Below are positions 58,368 to 64,000 of a stretch of DNA of 64,000 nucleotides, piece after piece. Position numbers and translations under genes: made by a program. The first letter of the stretch is position 1. Each line of letters starts with the position of its first letter. The notes beneath the pieces are model-generated. The model did no database searches, was not told where the DNA came from, and worked only from the letters and a program-made list of their open reading frames with translations. The DNA comes from Heteronotia binoei (lineage: Eukaryota), in contig NC_083233.1 of NCBI RefSeq assembly GCF_032191835.1, positions 37,820,001 through 37,884,000 on the forward strand, read 5' to 3'.

Positions 58368-59047
58368 TGTTACCCTTAATGGGAGACCTCCTAATATTTG
58401 GGGGAATATTATCTCTTAAAGGAGACCCTAGGCTTATTGAGAGGAGGGGTAACAGATCTTTACACCAATTGTCTACTAGGATTTTCCCCTAGAGATCTCT
58501 CAAAATTAAAGCAGACTGTTGCTTAACCAAGGGAGATGGTTTTATTAATAGAAAATAAAATAATGCACACATAAAGATAATAAATGCACACAGAAAACCA
58601 AGCACATGAGTTGCAGAAATACAGGGGTGAGAGAGATAAGAGGGGTTGCAAGGGGTGATAGCTAACTGTTCAAGAGAGCAGATTCCATGGAGAAACCAGC
58701 ATTTCACAGGAAGACCCAGATGAATCTGAGTGTGTGATGCCACTGGGCACCAAAGACAACACACTCTGGGCATGTGCTAAACGAGATACACTTATACCCA
58801 AAAATGTATCCTGAGGGTATGATTACAGGGGTGAGCTAATATGACAATGGTGTAATAGATGTCTTGTAAAGGATGCCTTGACAAAAGGACTGTTTTGAGT
58901 TTCCCAGGTGTTAAAACAAAGAGGATATTTCCTAATGGGTGAGAGGATGAGGCTGGATGCTGACAGTTTGGTAATATTGAGTTGTTGGGGTGTCTCTGCT
59001 CTTGTGAAAAGACCACCCCTGGTTGGAGGACTGTTGCCATAGTTATA
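58368..59047 (-). mobile_element. Solo LTR (680 bp) inserted into a family A SINE
   Basis: 4-bp TSD CCCT (58364-58367 and 59048-59051); minus strand starts TATAAC (decayed TG) and ends GGGTAACA; AATAAA ~175 nt from the minus-strand end; the SINE halves rejoin across it. Confidence 0.6.
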
Positions 59048-61071
59048 CCCTTTGAGGTATGCTGATTGTGTGTGACTGGCCCAATGTAATTTAGTGAGCT
59101 TCCACAGCAGAGTGAGGATTCAAACCTGGGTTCTCAGGTGCTAGTCAAACTCTAACCACTACACACACAGGCTTTTGTAGGGCCGCTGTAATTGAACAGT
59201 AGCAAATGGGTAGACCTAGATGAATCATGCAAGTTGGGTGGCAGCAGTTCACTCAGTAAGTTGCTGCTAACTCTGGTTGCAATGAGTCCTCTCTCCACCA
59301 AAACAGTCTTGAAAAGAGCTCTGCCCTCTTCCTTTCATTAATAGAAACCAAGGCTGAAATGCTAGCAAATGCTGGGGATGCTTGGAAACAGCCAGAGAAG
59401 CCATCCATTTCTTAAATGCACCTTTTTCATCATTTAGGGGGAGGTAAGGGGGTTGTAACTCCCAGCCCTTGCTGTTCAGGTTTGTTGAAAAATCTTTATT
59501 TTCCATTCACAGCCCCAATCTCCAAATTTAAGTACCCTCAGGTATGGCCTGGTTGTGACACAGACACACACACAGTGTCTCTCTCTCTCTCACTATATAT
59601 ATATATATATATAAATGAATGAATGAATTAGATCTTTCACAACACAGCTAGCACTACAATTCTAGTATTACTGAACTGTTTTGTATTTGTGAGTTGACAG
59701 GAATTTTACACTCTAGCTTATGTATTCTTTTTAAATTAAACTTTATGAAACTTCATGTCACACAATCATTAATAGTAGTTTTAATATTCGACCAGCTGAA
59801 GTTATTAGTAATTTCTAGGAATCAGCACTATCAGAGAAATGGAAGATTTGCATCCTCCAGCACAGGAGCCAGCAGATATAGGGACAAGGTGAATATGGGC
59901 ATTCTCTCAATGAAAAAGCGAACTAACTATAATCTCATCAAGAACATTAAAAAAGTGCTTTGAAAAATTACTGGTTTAACTTTTTTTTTTAAAAAACTTC
60001 TTTCATCATAAGCTAATGAGTGTTTTCACAACTAAAGTTGACACCTTTTTTCAAGTACTAAACATAAAAGACCTGCAAGTGATATGAGTGGATACTTTAT
60101 TGAACAGCCAAAAAGTGAGAGAAACAGAAATTATATAACAGTAACATTTCAACAACTGTTGAAAAGCAACTTTCTAAAAAGACAGTCCGCATCTGTTCCT
60201 CTACACAGTACAAAGATTGTGGTAATTTACAAAATAATTTACATACATTTTTATGATCATCTGATCCATTAAAAGAGGAAGAACACTTCAAGTCCTACCT
60301 GAGGACATTCCTGAAATGTAGTGTCCTTTGTTCAAAGGGGAAAGGCAAGGCAAATGTATGCCAATACAATAATACCATGTGGCTATGAGACTTGACAAAT
60401 GGAAGCAAAGTATACAAAATTAAAAAGAAAAGATGTCATTCACAAGAGATTTTGCATTTCATACAGCTTCTTAAAAAAATACTTTTACATATTTATACTG
60501 TACAGATTTTTTTAAAAAATATATTACATTGCCAAAAGTTCATATAAATACTATACAGGAAGTTTTAATCCAAATCAAAAGGTTCCCGCCCACTGCCAAC
60601 CCAAACCTAGCCTCTTCCCATTTGATACTTGTGTGCAAAGGCCACTGATTTCAGCCAGATTTGCCCATGCATAACTGTAGTTAGGAATGAAGTTTTATGA
60701 ATACAATATTTCAAATGCTTAGTCATACTGTAGGACTCTATGCAAGTTAAGAGCATAACAATTAATTCCATAGATAATTACTTGATAGATGCAAATGGGA
60801 CAAAGTGTTTTTTGTTTGTAAGCCTTCTTACAGCTATTGTCTCTTCACTGATTTAGTGGTATGGCATTTTATGTACTAATATGTGGAAACTCTTAAATTA
60901 TATTAAAACAAATCTTCATTATCTATATTGCAGCTACTAAAGGACATCTTTCTATCCATAAACAAAATTAAAACAAGACATGACATAAAAGAATGCTGGT
61001 CACTAATTCCTAGGAGTCATTTCATGGGGAAGAGTCATATCATAGGTGCCATAGAGTACTGATGTTCATTT

Positions 61072-61341
<270 letters not shown>

Positions 61342-61404
61342 TCATTCTACAATGAAGCCAACCAACACAGAAACATTGAGACCCTGTTCCAGTGAAAATT
61401 ATCA

Positions 61405-61599
<195 letters not shown>

Positions 61600-62412
61600 C
61601 TACCAAAACAATTAAAGTATATCAGATTCATGCTAGGTGAAACTCTGCCAGTAGTGGTCCAAAGCTGGATACATATTTAATATTGTTTGATATTAAATTC
61701 ATAAAGTATAAATGTGTACTTAAAATTTCTTAAGAGCAAACATCAGATTTCTAGTCAGCAAAATGAAATACACCTTGAATTTGTCCTTATTTGCTTTGTT
61801 CAACAGATATACTATGTCATCTACTGGCCTCATAGGATCAGAGACTTCTTGTAGTCATGATGCATGTGATAACATGGCCTTCAACAACTTGTACCTGAGA
61901 CTATACATTTTGTTTCACAGAACAGAAAAAGTGTTCGGGATTTGGTACAGTGATCTCAGTGAAATTCTAGCAATTAGGGCAGCAAAGACAGATTTAGAAG
62001 TGTGTGAGCAACATGTGAAAAGATCTCCAATGCCAGACGGAAACAACTGAATTTCCTTTCAGCAGGGGGCAGCACTTCAATATCTGTGCAGCTACCTGAA
62101 ACTCAAGAGACCAGAACTATACAGACATATACAAGTGTGATTAATATGTATAATTTGCACACAGTCACAGAGTTCACTTTCTTAAAGCACAGAATGTGCA
62201 TTACATTGGTGCTGAATTTTAATTTGCTCTTGTGGTGAGATAGAATACAGGGGCAATGGTTACAGTCTTGTCAAGTAAAAATAAACAGAACTTTAGAAAT
62301 GGCAGGTATTCTATGTTCATTTTTATGCCCTCTGTATGTACTAAGTTTTCTTAATTTACATGTAAAACTTAATTCTCAAAAGTAGTTGTTTGTAACTGCA
62401 ATGGTCTCTAAA

Positions 62413-62626
62413 GGGGAGGGTTGGTAGCTCAGTGGTAGAGCATCTGCTTGGTAAGCAGAAGGTCCCAGGTTCAATCCCTGGAATCTCCAACTAAAAAGGG
62501 TCCAGGCAAGTAGGAGTGAAAAACCTCAGCTTGAGACCCTGGAGAGCTGCTGCCAGTCTGAATAAACAATACTGACTTTGATAGACTGAGGGGTCTGATT
62601 CAGTATAAGGCAACTTCATATGTTCA
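62413..62626 (+). mobile_element. tRNA-derived SINE (family B) in a TMEM185A intron
   Basis: Near-identical to 41578-41782. Confidence 0.85.
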
Positions 62627-62642
62627 TAAAGATGCAAGCCTA

Positions 62643-62888
<246 letters not shown>

Positions 62889-63254
62889 CTAAAGAGGGTA
62901 GGAAAAAGGGTAGGACATGGATTCAGAACCATTCTTCAAGTTTTTGAAAGACACGTCTCATCAGAAATTTGACATTACATTTTAAAATCCTATAAGCAAC
63001 CACAAGACCTGGAATCTTCTAAAATAAGAGAAGAAATGCTCAGGCTTTAACAAGAGCAACAGGACCACATACATGGGTCTTAAAAATTGCATAATACCTC
63101 GATTTACTACAACTTTAAGAAGCTTGGCCTGTGCAATACTATAGTCAAACAGAATCTCTATTTAAAGAATTGTACTTTTATCACCTTCTAGGAATAAAAC
63201 TAGATTCGAATCCAGTAGCACTTTAGGAAACAACAAGATTTTAATGGTATAAGA

Positions 63255-63525
63255 CAGCCGGTCTGGTGTAATGGTTAAGTGTACATACTCTTATCTGGGA
63301 GAACCAGGCTTGATTCCCCACTCCTCCACATGTACCTGCTGTAGTGACCTTGAGTTAGTCATAACTCTCTCAGAGCTGTTCTGCTCAGGAGCAGTTCTTG
63401 GTGAACTCTCTCAGCCCCACCTATCTCACAGGGTGTCTTTTGTGGGGAAGGGAAGGGAAAGGAGATTGTAAGCTGCTTTGAGACTCTGAGTGAAGGGTAG
63501 GGTATAAATCCAATCTCTTCTTTTG
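63255..63525 (+). mobile_element. tRNA-derived SINE (family A)
   Basis: Same head and body as the other family A copies. Confidence 0.75.
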
Positions 63526-63548
63526 AGAGCTGAAGTCCCGTTCATCAG

Positions 63549-64000
63549 ATAAGAACATAAGAACATATGAGAAGCAATATTGGATCAGGCCAATGGCCCA
63601 TCCAGCAACACTCTGTGTCACACAGTGGCCAATATATATGTATGTATATACACACACATATATATATACTGTAGCTAATAGCTACTGCTCCATATTTTTA
63701 TCCAATCCCCTCTTAAAGCTGGCTATGCTTGTAGCCGCCACCACTTCCTGTAGCAGTGAATTCCACATGTTAATCACCCTTTGGGTGAAGAGTACTTCCT
63801 TTTATCCGTTTTAACCTGACTGCTCAGCAATTTCATTGAATGCCCACAAGTTCTTGTATTGTGAGAAAGGGAGAAAAGTACTTCTTTCTCTACTTTCTCC
63901 ATCCCATGCATTATCTTGTAAACCTCTATCATGTTACCCCGCAGTCAACGTTTCTCCAAGCTAAAGAGCCCCAAGCGTTTTAACCTTTCTTCATAGGGAA
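63549..64000 (-). mobile_element. CR1 LINE 3' end (continues past the window)
   Basis: Reverse complement of 36130-36565. Confidence 0.88.

Noticed and set aside
61763-62050. 95-aa plus ORF antisense within a TMEM185A intron
   Set aside because: No homology or codon-level support; consistent with chance.

Overview
Repeat-rich vertebrate genomic DNA, inferred to be squamate and probably gecko from its SINE, CR1, Penelope and hAT-MITE content. There are two N-gaps (7164-7523, 15525-15679). The right third holds three host genes in the same order as human Xq28: EOLA1/CXorf40 (+, two coding exons, CpG-island promoter at ~44.2-44.7 kb), a two-exon HSFX/HSFY-like heat-shock factor (-, 447 aa), and the last three coding exons of TMEM185A (-). 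In the left 44 kb I recognised no host gene; it is a stack of nested mobile elements. These include: (1) an intact full-length L1 (6.72 kb, perfect 13-bp TSD, open ORF1 and ORF2, 1.48-kb inter-ORF spacer) inside an old near-full-length CR1 that also hosts a solo LTR, SINEs and another L1 fragment; (2) a DIRS tyrosine-recombinase retrotransposon with both ITRs and an ICR; (3) two Penelope-like insertions with inverted ends and hammerhead-ribozyme remnants; (4) a composite hAT/Blackjack-type element with an 8-bp TSD, carrying ETS-CRE repeats, a 900-bp foldback and two minisatellites, part of which may be a gap-filling artefact. All family assignments come from motif recognition by eye; no database search was run.
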